Of a DNA stretch of 64,000 bases, positions 22,301-32,400 are shown in pieces. Each line of letters starts with the position of its first letter. Position 1 is the stretch's first letter. The DNA comes from Candidatus Marinacidobacterales bacterium. GTDB lineage: Bacteria > Acidobacteriota > Vicinamibacteria > Marinacidobacterales > SMYC01. A program made the translations under genes and the position numbers. The notes below the pieces were generated by a model. That model did no database searches. It was not told the DNA's origin and saw only the letters and a list, made by a program, of their open reading frames with translations. Location of the stretch: positions 32,001-96,000 of the forward strand of contig OZ250169.1 of the NCBI GenBank assembly GCA_965237955.1, written 5' to 3'.

Positions 22301-22512
22301 CAGATTCCGGCGGATGCCGTCGCCACGAACGCGACGCTCGGGTTCGACTCGACGAGTGCGAAATCGTTGATGCGGCCGCCCATAATCGCCGGGCCGATAT
22401 TGCGCCATTCGAGGTTGTCGAGCACGGTGTCAATATCAGTGGCGTCGTCCCCGAATGCGCTTGACGCGCCCACGGTGAGGGCTAGGAAAGCAAGGAGAAA
22501 AAAGCGTCTCAT
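19345..22512 (-). CDS. VPS10/sortilin-like BNR-repeat protein (distant paralogue)
   Basis: WRNIGPAIMGGRI, multiple Asp-boxes, HGDHH, YRFNWNSP; signal peptide. Confidence 0.9.
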   Translation of the reverse strand: MRRFFLLAFLALTVGASSAFGDDATDIDTVLDNLEWRNIGPAIMGGRINDFALVESNPSVAFVATASAGIWKTTNNGITWEPLFDDQPVSSVGDIAVAPSDPSIVWAGTGEPANQNSSSWGDGVYKSMDGGATWTNMGLEDTHHIGRVHIHPTNPDIAYVAAVGHLWGPSEQRGVFKTTDGGKTWKNTKFISENTGFVDLAMDLESPDTLYAAAYQRRRRAFGFNGGGPEAGLYKTTDGGVTWTKLTGGLPEGDTGRIGIDIYRKDPRIVYAIIQNAEGGIFRSEDKGETWKKMSDTNPRPMYYSQIRVDPLNDQRIWVLGGSMYNSDDGGRTFVTDRVTRIHGDHHALWINPRDSNHVLLGSDGGIHYSYDRGLTWDFVNSLALGQFYEIGYDMETPYNIYGGLQDNANWGGPVRTRHQQGISNEDWFHGGGDDGFYTQIDPNDATTIYFESQNGVLRRLDLSRLEIKTIRPEPDEGEARYRFNWNSPIVISPHDSKTIYYGGNRLFKSTNRGDEWTRTVDLSKNRDRDEMPIMGVMLNDDTLSRNNGVSTYGQITTISESPLVQGLLYVGTDDGNIQVSRDGGESWNNVAANLPGGHPGIHPGIHEDTYVTRVVSSQHAEGRVYATLDGHRNDDFATYAFASDDYGDTWRRITAGIPEGHTLNVIREHPDNGALLFAGGERGVYVSFDCGEVWHEMRGSFPRVPVDDIAIHPRDNDLILGTHGRTIWVLDDMKPLENLSDAVLAAKLHVFPIRDAINYRSFHYKGHPGHKVFLAENPPPGALVHYYLSEPEAVKVTVTDATGQVVRTIEGSNHVGLNRTNWDLRYDDAIPAEPTEGSNPPPGLEANGQNGNLEAINLLRPRVLPGTYTVRVEAGSESAERTVIVTDDPNVRASDADRRAHLDALLELRRLISEMHEGHEQAAALTEELNGLEATLDDAPETVATAFAAAKTSVSELERLLSRNEGRTLTPDSFGSATGPLYQRLMRLYGALDPYTEAPNAQRKAQIASMSRELDERLDGLKAVVSGEIAELNRAIEKNRIPRIRTLAPKKTTS

Positions 22513-22589
22513 CCTGTATACCTCCCAGTTTGAGGCATCCTACCCGACGTGATATGAGAATGTACACGGTGCCGAAGGCGATGCTGTCT

Positions 22590-22790
22590 CACGGCGGCGG
22601 GCTTGTCTCCCGAAGACGAGATCGGGATCGAGCCGGGCAAAGACGCGCTCCGCCATGAACAGCCCGGCGAGGTGGTTGGGGTGTCTCGCAACGAGGTGCG
22701 CGATCGCCTGCCTTTCCGGCGGCACGATCGCGTTCGTGGTGATGTCACCTGCGGCCGCCAAATCCTCTCTCAAGGCTTCCTCGACGAGAG
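22590..22790 (-). pseudogene. nadC: Quinolinate phosphoribosyltransferase N-terminal fragment
   Basis: LVEEALREDLAAAGDITTNAIVP...LAGL..AERVF..LDP matches the NadC N-terminus; truncated. Confidence 0.7.
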
Positions 22791-22855
22791 GCACAAAAAA
22801 AAGGAGCATAAGTAAAAACCCACTCCTATGACGCAAACCCTTTCGGTACTAACTA

Positions 22856-22871
22856 TGGCATTCAACTTGCA
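22856..22871 (+). promoter_or_regulatory. Sigma-54 (-24/-12) promoter of TBDR copy 1
   Basis: TGGCATTCAACTTGCA = GG-N10-GC; conserved upstream of copy 3. Confidence 0.7.
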
Positions 22872-22910
22872 GATGTGATATATGATTCAGCTATTGACCC
22901 AGGGGGCTAG

Positions 22911-23035
22911 TCCCCTGTATCAGAACAAACTAGATAAAGCAGAGCTTGCCGAAACCCTTCTAAGTGCATGAATCTTATGAATCTTATGGGCTGGCGAAAA
23001 GCCTAACTTTGTATAGTAATCAAAGATCCAGGGGA
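22911..23035. mobile_element. 125-bp MITE inserted in the TBDR1 leader
   Basis: IRs TCCCCTGTATC / GATCCAGGGGA with CTAG on both sides. The homologous leaders of copies 2 and 3 carry the empty single CTAG site. Confidence 0.8.
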
Positions 23036-23237
23036 CTAGCGATCCGCATCAGAAAAGGTGCTGATATTGGCGGTAAGTTAGCCGATCTCAACGTTTTTCC
23101 AGAAGTCAAAAGACGCGATTCAGTTCTTTGACGGTTGCGCGGTGTTCCGCCCCGAACACCACCGGAGCGAACGTTCTCAGTCTTTGGAAGTAGTCTGCTC
23201 ACCCATGTTCGGGTGGGCTATTCAGTGGAGGTACACG

Positions 23238-26198
23238 ATGCCATTTAAAGCAATGACTCATGCGAGGCTGTTATGGCGCGTCCTGATGGCGGTGCCGCTG
23301 GCCCTATTGTTGGCCGGCGGGGCGGCCTTCGCGCAGGAGATTGACGGAACCATCTACGGCAAGGTCGTGGACGATCAGGGGCTTGCCGTCCCGGGCGCGA
23401 CGGTGACGATCTCGAGTCCACAGAACATCGCGACCGAGGTTCGAACCACGACCGATCAGGGTACGTACCGTGTCCCGTTGCTGAAGCCGTCGCAAGACTA
23501 CACCGTGGTGGTCGAGTTGGCAGGATTTCGAACGATGACCTTTCGAGAGGTGGTACTGTTTGCAGGGCAGCAAATCGCGGTGAATGCGACACTGTCGCCG
23601 GGCGGGGTGGAGGAGACCGTTACCGTCACCGGAGAATCGCCACTGGTTGACGTCAAGAGTTCGCAGACGAGGCGGATCATGGATGAAGCCATAATGGACA
23701 ACATCCCCCTGGGGCGCGGTTCTAGTTCTCTCATCAAGTCGATGCCGGGCGTCCAGAATTCACAAATGGGGCGGGTATCGGTTCACGGGGGCTCGCCCCG
23801 GGCGAACTCTTACACCGTCGACGGAGGGAACATCCGAAACCTCTCGGGAGGCACCGAGAGGGGTATCCCGATAGACATGATAGAGGAAATCCAGATAACG
23901 ACCGGGGGGATTCCCGCGGAGTTTGGCCAGGCCACGGGTGGGGTTTTCACCTTCCTGACCAAGTCAGGAGGGAACGAGCCCCATGGCTCGGTCAACTATT
24001 ACTTCTCGGGCGAGGATTTGGAGTGGGACAACCTCACGCCCGAGCTAAAGGAGCAACTCGGGGCAAAATCGAGCACGGTCAAGAACCAGGAGTACGGCGG
24101 AACTTTTGGGGGACCGATCAAGAAAGATTCTATCTGGTTCTTCGGCAATATCCGTCGGCTGAACAGGGAGACGCGAGAACCCGTTCTCCCCACCCAGCCC
24201 TTCACTAGCGATAGGACAGAGGGCTTCTTCAAGATCACCGGGCAGGTGGGCGAGAGCACCCAGGTCCTCGGCTCTTACATGGGCAGCCGCCGAGCCGCAT
24301 TTCCAAGAGACGTTCGCGGTTTTCAGAACGTCGACGCCCCGGAGCAATGGGCCATATTTGAGAGTAAAGGGGACATCCTAAACCTCAAATCCACGCATCT
24401 AGTGAACGAAAACACCATTCTGGAGGCACAGTACAGCCGGATCTGGACGTTTACCGATACTTCGTATCCCAACAACCCTGACTTCACCGTCGGCTATAGG
24501 GACCAAGGTACAAGCTTGGAATACGGGGGGCTCCTCGCGGGTGTAAGGACTTGTAAGGGCCACAATATGTGGGAAGTTCGCCTTAATGTCTCGCACTTCC
24601 GCGACAACTGGGCGGGTGGCTCACACGAGTTCAAGGCAGGCTTCTATATGGATCGGCCTACCGCCGACCGGTCGTTTGAGTTCCCCGGTGGGGAAGACGT
24701 CCTGCAACTCCTTCTATTTGGTGCGGCCTACCGGGTTCGGCTGGAGAACCAGCCGATTTCAAGTCAAGCTTTCAACATTGACCGCTATGGAACGTTTGTG
24801 CAAGACCAATGGACGATTGGAGATCGGCTCACCCTGAACCTGGGACTACGGTGGGCCATCACCGAAGGCTGGCTTCCCGAGCAGAGTCGGGGTGGCGGCC
24901 GCTGGTTCCCCGTGTCCACCTTCCCGGAGACCCGCGACCTCGTCAACTTCAACACCGTCTCGCCGCGCCTGGGTCTGGTGTATGCGCTGGGTGAGGCACG
25001 AAGGACTTCCATCAAGTTCCATTACGGGCGACACTACAAGTTGTTCAACACCCAGGACCTCTCCCCCCTCGCACCCACTACTGGAGGAGGCGAAACGTAC
25101 AATTGGAACGACCTGAATGGTGACCTCGTGTTCCAGGACGGTGAGCAGGGAACGCTTATCGGAAGTATCTTGAACCCCGCTTTTGATGATAGAACGGACT
25201 CCGTCGACCCCAACTTGGAAGATTCCTACGTGCATGCGTTTCACATCAAGGCCGAGCATGAGTTGACGAGCGACTTCGTCGTCTCTGTGGCAGGAATCTT
25301 CAGGCGCGAGAAGAACATCTATGAGACGACTAAAAGGCGGGCAAAAGGAGACCAACAAAACCCGTTTAATGATTACCGCCCGATTAACGTGATCAACCAA
25401 ATCGACGGCTCGCCCTTCACCATCTTTGCCCTGAGACCGGAATTCAGGGGGGCCCAGTCGATCATATACTTGACGAACCCCGACTTTGCGGAGCCAATTG
25501 TCCGAAACTACAACGGAGTGGAGATTGTCGCACAGAAGCGCTTTCGTGACGGCTGGCAATTCCTGGCCGCGCTCAACATCGGCGAAGTCTACGGCACCAT
25601 CGGCAATAACATGACCGCCACCGAGAGCGACAACTTTCTCTACGACAACCCCAATACGCTCATCAATTGGGATGGACCGCTGGACCAGGACGCTCCCGTC
25701 CTGTTCAAGTTACAGGGCACCTACACGTTGCCCTACGATATTCTCGTGAGCGGCTTCTTCCAGGGCGGGACCGGTATTCCCATCCACATCTTCGAACCTT
25801 TGCAGGCTGACCTGGCTACGGGAGCCTACACGGTGCGCTATTTCCCACTCTGCCCCGGTGGCGGCGCAACCAAAGGCCATAGCGGCGGCGGCGGCGGTTG
25901 TAGGCCGCCTCCGCTTGGTACTCCCGAAATCGTGGTGGAGAGCAACATCGATGTGGCTGGGGAGCCAAGGGGTACCCGCCGCCAGGACTTCAGACACAAC
26001 CTCGACCTCCGAGTGGAAAAGCAGTTTCTGTTCGGGGAGGCAATGAGAATCGGGCTCATCCTCGACATATTCAATCTAACCAACACTCACCGAATTACGT
26101 CCTTTGCGACACTGAAATTCGACCAGCGGCAATTCCTTTCGCCGACGTCGGTCGAATCACCCCGTATCGCGAGAATCGGAGTGCGCTTTGAGTTTTAA
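23238..26198 (+). CDS. TonB-dependent receptor (Oar-type, N-terminal carboxypeptidase-regulatory-like domain), copy 1
   Basis: Signal peptide; GTIYGKVVDDQG..VPGATVT; plug motif IEEIQITTGGIPAEFG..TGGV...TKSG; FVQDQW...LTLNLGLR; C-terminal Phe. Confidence 0.92.
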   Translation: MPFKAMTHARLLWRVLMAVPLALLLAGGAAFAQEIDGTIYGKVVDDQGLAVPGATVTISSPQNIATEVRTTTDQGTYRVPLLKPSQDYTVVVELAGFRTMTFREVVLFAGQQIAVNATLSPGGVEETVTVTGESPLVDVKSSQTRRIMDEAIMDNIPLGRGSSSLIKSMPGVQNSQMGRVSVHGGSPRANSYTVDGGNIRNLSGGTERGIPIDMIEEIQITTGGIPAEFGQATGGVFTFLTKSGGNEPHGSVNYYFSGEDLEWDNLTPELKEQLGAKSSTVKNQEYGGTFGGPIKKDSIWFFGNIRRLNRETREPVLPTQPFTSDRTEGFFKITGQVGESTQVLGSYMGSRRAAFPRDVRGFQNVDAPEQWAIFESKGDILNLKSTHLVNENTILEAQYSRIWTFTDTSYPNNPDFTVGYRDQGTSLEYGGLLAGVRTCKGHNMWEVRLNVSHFRDNWAGGSHEFKAGFYMDRPTADRSFEFPGGEDVLQLLLFGAAYRVRLENQPISSQAFNIDRYGTFVQDQWTIGDRLTLNLGLRWAITEGWLPEQSRGGGRWFPVSTFPETRDLVNFNTVSPRLGLVYALGEARRTSIKFHYGRHYKLFNTQDLSPLAPTTGGGETYNWNDLNGDLVFQDGEQGTLIGSILNPAFDDRTDSVDPNLEDSYVHAFHIKAEHELTSDFVVSVAGIFRREKNIYETTKRRAKGDQQNPFNDYRPINVINQIDGSPFTIFALRPEFRGAQSIIYLTNPDFAEPIVRNYNGVEIVAQKRFRDGWQFLAALNIGEVYGTIGNNMTATESDNFLYDNPNTLINWDGPLDQDAPVLFKLQGTYTLPYDILVSGFFQGGTGIPIHIFEPLQADLATGAYTVRYFPLCPGGGATKGHSGGGGGCRPPPLGTPEIVVESNIDVAGEPRGTRRQDFRHNLDLRVEKQFLFGEAMRIGLILDIFNLTNTHRITSFATLKFDQRQFLSPTSVESPRIARIGVRFEF

Positions 26199-26223
26199 TA
26201 AGGGTTGGGAGGTAAAGAAGACG

Positions 26224-27938
26224 GCCTCTCCTGCCATTTCAGTGGATCCTCTCGAGGGTGAGACCGCCACAGTTTAGGTAGACGAGACTGATGAGAGCTT
26301 CGGCAGAGTGGAGTCCAAAGCTGCGGTGGCTCAGCAGCCGGATTTTGTTGTTCATTCCTTCGAGTCGGCCGTTGCTGAGTCTCCACGTGACCCACGCGAT
26401 GACGCCATCGAAGTGGCTGTCATCTTCGCCGCGCGTTTGACGGGCTCTATCCTCGAGCTCATAGCGCGCCGCAGCCATCCTCGGAGAAACTTCTTGGCCC
26501 ATGTCTCGGTTTTGTAGGTGTAGAGGTCCATGAAGTCGTCGCGCAGAAGCATGGCGCGGTAGAGGCGACGATTAGCTCGCACCTGCTCGCGGAGCACCCG
26601 TTTGTCTTTCGCGCTGCGGTTGTGTTTGGCCTTGAGAAGGGGAAACTTGGTGTTCTTGAGGTTGCGCCGGGCAGTCCCTTTGAGCTCGCGCACCAGCTCG
26701 CGCCGGGTCTTATCCACGGCCTCGTTCAGATGCTTGACGATGTGGAAGCGGTCAAAGATCACCCGTGCCTGAGGAGCCTTTTTGCCGACGACAGTTATGT
26801 ACGGCTCCCACATGTCCATGCTGACCGCTTCGAGCTCCGCGGCTCTTTGTGGTCCGAGCTTGCGGAAAAACCGCAGCAGCGTCTTGGCCTTGCGCTCCTT
26901 TCCCGCCCAGACGACCCGGCCGCTGAGATGGTCTATTACCACTGTTAAGTACTTGTGGCGTTTGCGGTAGCTGATCTCGTCCATCCCAATCACCCGCAAT
27001 CCATCGAGCTCGCGCCGCTCATCCCGCTGCTCGGCAACCACTCGCTGGATGATCCGTCGCACCGAACGCCACGTCACTCGGAAATAGTTCGCTACGGCGC
27101 TGACGTCCGTCCTCTGTGCCAGCCACGCTACCTCTTGTTCGAAGCTTTTGGTAAAGCGGCTTCCCTTGTCGGCCCAAGGCACCTTTTCTCTGACCACTCC
27201 ACACCGCCGACATACCACTCGTCGGATCGAGTAGCGAAGATAGGTCCGGACTCCGAACAGGTCCAAGTGCCGCCAGTAGCGATTGTAGCGATCTTTGTTC
27301 TTGCGGACCTTTCGTCCGCAAATCCCGCACAGAGGCTTCCTCCTCCGTGGTACTACATCCACCACCACTCTGGCTTTGTCCGCCTGGAAGTGGAAACCTC
27401 GGACCCACAGGCCTTGCAATCCGATGAGCTTGTTGACTAACGTAGTAACGCGCATCGCGGGAACGCTCTTTTCTCTTTCGGAAAAAAAGATTCTAGCGTT
27501 CTCGCCGATGCGCATCTACACATGGCTTACCCTCTCAACCCACGGGCCTCACCAAATGCCACTGCCCCTCAGCGGGAGACGAGGCTGTGGGAAACGCCCC
27601 CACGGTTCTGGTCGTTCAGACCTTGCTCACGACTGAGTTCTCTTCGAAGCCTGGAAGGGCGTTTTCCATAGCCTCCACTAATCGAGCCCCCCCTTCCTTA
27701 TTCCATATGAATTAATCTTTCTTGTATATATATCAGGAGGGGCCTGTGGGCGCTCGTGGGAAACGCGAAGCGTTTTCCAAGCGATTGTGGAAAACGCCGC
27801 TCCACGTTTGTACGTGCTCACAACCTTTCCCTAAACGCCTCTCTCGCCCGGAGTTTCCGGCGTTTTCCACAATCGCGGCAGCGTCCATAGGCCATGCCCT
27901 CCAACACAAATCAGATCCCCCGAAACGACAGGAGAACC
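26224..27938 (-). mobile_element. ISL3-family insertion sequence (transposase ~26239..27455, frameshift near 26400)
   Basis: IRs GCCTCTCCTGCCATTTCAGTGGATC / GGTTCTCCTGTCGTTTCGGGGGATC; 8-bp TSD AGAAGACG (26216-26223, 27939-27946); Zn-finger CxxC, GMDE, MDMW, DRFH and SNGRLEGMNNKI motifs. Confidence 0.92.
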
Positions 27939-27974
27939 AGAAGACGTAAACCTCTGGGTCTCGAAGGACGACAC

Positions 27975-28010
27975 GAACCGGGGCGCCACTATTGGCGCCC
28001 CGGTTCTTTT
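27975..28010 (+). terminator. Intrinsic terminator of TBDR copy 1 (displaced by the ISL3)
   Basis: GAACCGGGGCGCCA-CTAT-TGGCGCCCCGGTTC followed by TTTT. Confidence 0.85.
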
Positions 28011-28233
28011 CTTGTGCGCCAGGCATGGCGCTGTCAACCGTGGAACGAAAGCGAAACGGGAAGTGACTAGGAGGTGCCCTTTGAAAAAAAAGGAAGTCCT
28101 CTGGGGACCTTGATGGCAGGAACCTGTCCCTTCTATAAACTCGACGGAGGCTTCTTCTCACATACCCATCAGCCGGCCAATGGAGTCGAGCCGGGGATGA
28201 ATGGACCGAGCGATCGGTCATCAGGAAGGAATC

Positions 28234-29436
28234 ATGAAATTCGCGCAAGCTATTTATCGAGCGGCAGCAACTCTACTATGCCTAACGGTAATGGCATGCG
28301 GACAGGCGGCGATGCAGGAGGCGACGACTTCCGGTGATGAGGGGACGGGCACACCGCAGTTCAGTGTCGATCCGTTCTGGCCGAAGCCGCTGCCCAACGA
28401 CTGGCTGGTGGGAGAGATTGCCGGGATAGCGGTCGACTCGCGCGATCATACCTGGGTTGCTCAGCGTCCGGGTAGCCTGAGTGAGAGCGAGCTAGGGGCG
28501 GTGCAAGATCCGCCCATCTCGCTTTGTTGCAAGCCGGCTCCACCGGTCATGGAGTTCGATGCGGAGGGGAATCTCCTTCAGGCGTGGGGTGGTCCCGGGT
28601 CCGGCTATGACTGGCCCACCATCGAGCACGGGCTCTTCGTCGACTACAAGGGCAACGTCTGGGTAGCCGGGGAAGGCTTACGCGACCCGGAGACCGGAAG
28701 CGCCCACAGCGTGCACAGGGACGGCGGACCGCTGTGCCGAGACCACCAGGTGCTGAAGTTCAGCCCTGATGGCACTTTCCTGCTCCAGATCGGACAAGCT
28801 GGAAAGACCGGCGGAAGCAACCATAAGGAGTTTCTGGGACACCCCACCGACATGGAAGTCGATCCCGAGACGAACGAAGTCTTCGTTGGCGACGGCTACG
28901 TGAACAAGCGCGTGATCGTTTTCGACGCGGATACGGGGGAGTACAAGCGGCACTGGGGAGCGTACGGAAACGAGCCGGACGATGCCGTTCAAGGGCGCTA
29001 CGATCCGAGCGCTCCCGTCGCACAGCAGTTCGGCGAAAGTGTGCACGGGCTTCGGATCGCAAACGACGGGCTCGTGTATGTGGCGGATCGCGGCAACAAC
29101 CGTATTCAGATCTTCCAAAAAGACGGCACCTTCGTGAAAGAGGCTTTCATCGCCAAAGAGACCCTGAGCGGAGCGACGTGGGATGTGGATTTTTCACCGG
29201 ATGAGAAGCAGACATTTCTCTATAACGCCGATGGAGGCAACCAGCGAGTCTGGATCCTGCGATGAGAAGACATGGAGATTCTCGGTTCCTTCGGCCGCCG
29301 CGGCCGCTCCGCCGGTCAATTCCACTCGGTGCACAAATTGGCGGTGGACTCCCAGGGCAACATCTACACCGGCGAGGTGAGCCAAGGACGGCGCCTCCAG
29401 AAGTTCGTTTTAGAGAAGGAAGCGGCGACCGAATAG
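28234..29436 (+). pseudogene. NHL-repeat lipoprotein copy B with in-frame TGA at 29263
   Basis: Close paralogue of 750..1955. CGA(Arg) in copy A is TGA here, and the frame continues to TAG at 29436. Confidence 0.8.
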
Positions 29437-29492
29437 TAGTGCCTCCGGACTGAAGGTAAGATTCAAGAAACGAAACAGTCGGAGAATCGATC

Positions 29493-32400
29493 ATGAAGGC
29501 GCGTCGGCAATATTGGGCAGGGTTTCTGGCTCTCGCGATCTTTTTCACGCTTGCTTCCGTCTCCCCGCTTGTCGCCCAGGGAAGCTCGAGCGACTATGAG
29601 GAGAACGAGGCGAACGTGACGGTCTCGCCCTCGCTGCTCGAGGGCATGAAGTTTCGCTCGATCAACTTCTCGCGAGGCGGGCGCGCCACTGCGGTGGCGG
29701 GCGTTCGCGGCCAGCCGCTAATCTACTACCTGGGCGCTGGCGGCGGCGGTGTGTGGAAGACAACCGATGGCGGGAATCATTGGCAGAACGTCTCCGATGG
29801 CTTCTTCGGCGTGGGCTCGGTGGGAGCCATCGCGGTGGCGGAATCCGACCCCAATGTCGTGTACGTCGGCACCGGATCGGCTTGTCCGCGCGGGAACGTC
29901 TCGGTGGGCGGCGGTATCTATAGGTCGTCGAACGGCGAGAAGACCTGGAAGCACGTGGGATTGCGGCAGGCGGGACAGATTGGAAAGATTCGCATCCATC
30001 CCCGGAACCCCGACCTGGTCTACGTTGCGGTGCTGGGACACATTTTCGGGCCGAACGAAGAGCGAGGAGTGTTTCGTTCCCAAGACGGCGGGGAGACCTG
30101 GGAGAAGGTGCTTTTCCTCAGCGACCGCACCGGCTTCGTCGATCTTTCCATGGACGTGACCAATCCACGCATCCTTTATGCCGGGGCCTGGCGGGCGGAG
30201 CGCAAGCCTTGGACGATGATCTCGGGAAGCGAAGACGGGGGCATTTTCAAGACCACGGACGGCGGAGACAACTGGAAACGGCTCCGAAGGCGGCCTTCCC
30301 ACCGGCCTGATAGGCAAGACATCCGTGGCGGTTTCGCCCGCCAACCCGAATCGTGTATGGGTCTTGATCGAGGCGAAAGGAGACAAGGGCGGCGTTTACC
30401 GGACGGATGATGGGGGCGATAGCTGGCGCCGCGTCAACGCCAGTTGGAATCTGCGCCAGCGCCCCTGGTACTACATTCATATCTTCGCCGACCCCAAGGA
30501 CGAGAACACGGTCTATGTGCTGAACGCCCGCGTTTACAAATCGATCGACGGCGCAAAGACCTTCGAGATCCAGATCGACACTCCGCACGGGGACAATCAC
30601 GACCTATGGATCAATCCCGATGACCCGAAGATTATGATCAACTCCAACGATGGGGGCTCGAACGTCTCTTTCAACGGAGGGGAGTCCTGGTCCTGGCAGA
30701 TGAACCAGCCGACGGCGGAGATCTATCGGGTGTTCGTGGATAATCAATGGCCTTACCGTGTGTACGGCGCTCAGCAGGACAACACTACCGTCTCCGTGCC
30801 CAGCCACGGTCTCGCTGCTTGGAACCGGCTGCCTCCGGACTGGTATCAGGTCGGCGGGTGTGAAAGCGGTCACATCGCCATCGATCCCCGGGACCCGAAC
30901 ATTATTTACGCCGGCTGCCACTCGGGCAGGATCACACGCATCAACCGGGTGGCGGGGAAGTACCGCCAGATTCTTACCTACCCGCAGATACCGCGCGGCG
31001 AGGCGGCGCGAGACCTCAAGTACCGCTTCCAGTGGAATGCGCCGATACGTCTCTCACCCCACGACCCCGACGTTGTCTACCATGCTTCTCAAGTGATCCA
31101 TCGTTCCAAGGACGACGGTCAGAGCTGGGAAGTGATCAGCCCCGATCTGACGACGAACAACCCCGAGCACCAGGACTATGCAGGAGGTCCGATCACCCAC
31201 GACGGCACGGGAGTAGAGGTCTACAACACGATCTTCGCTTTCGAGGAATCACCGCACCAGGCGGGTCTTCTGTGGGCAGGAAGCGACGACGGAAAGGTCC
31301 ACCTATCCCGCGACAACGGCGCCAACTGGAAGGAGGTGACGCCGAAAGACATGCCGCAGGGCGGGACGGTCAACGTGATCGATCTGTCGGCGCACGGCGC
31401 CGGCCGTGCGCACATTGCTGTTTACCGCTATCGCGAAAACGATTTCCGGCCCTACATCTTCCAGACCAACAACTTCGGAGAGAGCTGGAAGCTCTTGACG
31501 GACGGCACGAACGGGATCCCGGCCACGCACTTCACGAGAGCGATCCGAGAGGATCCAGACCGCCGGGGGCTCCTCTACGCGGGGACGGAGTTCAGTCTGT
31601 ATATCTCCTTCGACGACGGAGCGCACTGGCAGCGCTTCCAGAACAACCTGCCGGTGACACCGGTGACGGACCTTCGGGTTCATCGCAAGGATCTGGTCGT
31701 CTCTACACAGGGCCGAGCGTTTTGGATCCTGGACGATGTGGCGCCGCTCCACCAGATCACGGACGAAGTGCAGAAGGCGGATATGTATCTGTTCGAGCCG
31801 CGGGTGGCCTATCGAGGCGGCTATCAGGGCGTGCACGGATCAACTACTACGTCGGGAAGATGCCGGAAGGAGAGGTGACGCTTCAGATCCTGGACGAGAG
31901 CGGCGAGCTCCTGCGCACGTTCAAGGGTACGCCAGGAAAACAGGCGGATTCTGCGGCCTTGGTCGGCGGGGATGGAGCGAGCGAGCTTCCGGTCGCGGAG
32001 GGTTTCAACACGTTGATGTGGAACCTGCGCGGCGAGGCCTTGGAGACGGATATCCACGAGCACCTGCTGGAAGATGAGAAGGGTATGGCGCACGTTGGCC
32101 GTTTCGGTGAAGGCACGCCCGGAATCGCGGTGGTTCCCGGCAGGTACCAGGTTCGTCTCTCGGTCGGCGAGTGGATCCAGACGCAGCCCCTGCAAATCGA
32201 GATCCTTCCCAACCTGAGCACGACGGTGGAAGCGCTCCAGGAACAGTATGACCTGGCAGCGGAAATCGCCTGGAAGCTGAAGGAGGTCTACGACGGCCTC
32301 ACCACCTTGCAAGACATCAAGGCGCAGACGACGGGGATCCTCAATCGCATCAAGAAGGCCGGCATCGAGGCGGGAGAGATATCGGAAGCGGCCAAGGCGA

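Noticed and set aside
23040-23237. Cobalamin or other riboswitch in the conserved TBDR leader
   Set aside because: I could not find a B12-box or other recognisable aptamer core by eye. An Rfam scan would settle it.
25872-25900. GHSGG in the TBDR loop as a serine-hydrolase nucleophile elbow
   Set aside because: It sits in a short loop with no alpha/beta-hydrolase fold or catalytic partners.
29263-29265. In-frame TGA in NHL copy B as selenocysteine, given a SelA-like gene nearby
   Set aside because: The paralogue has Arg (CGA), not Cys, so a C-to-T nonsense change or read error is simpler. The SelA-like protein looks like the exported DgaE-type group.
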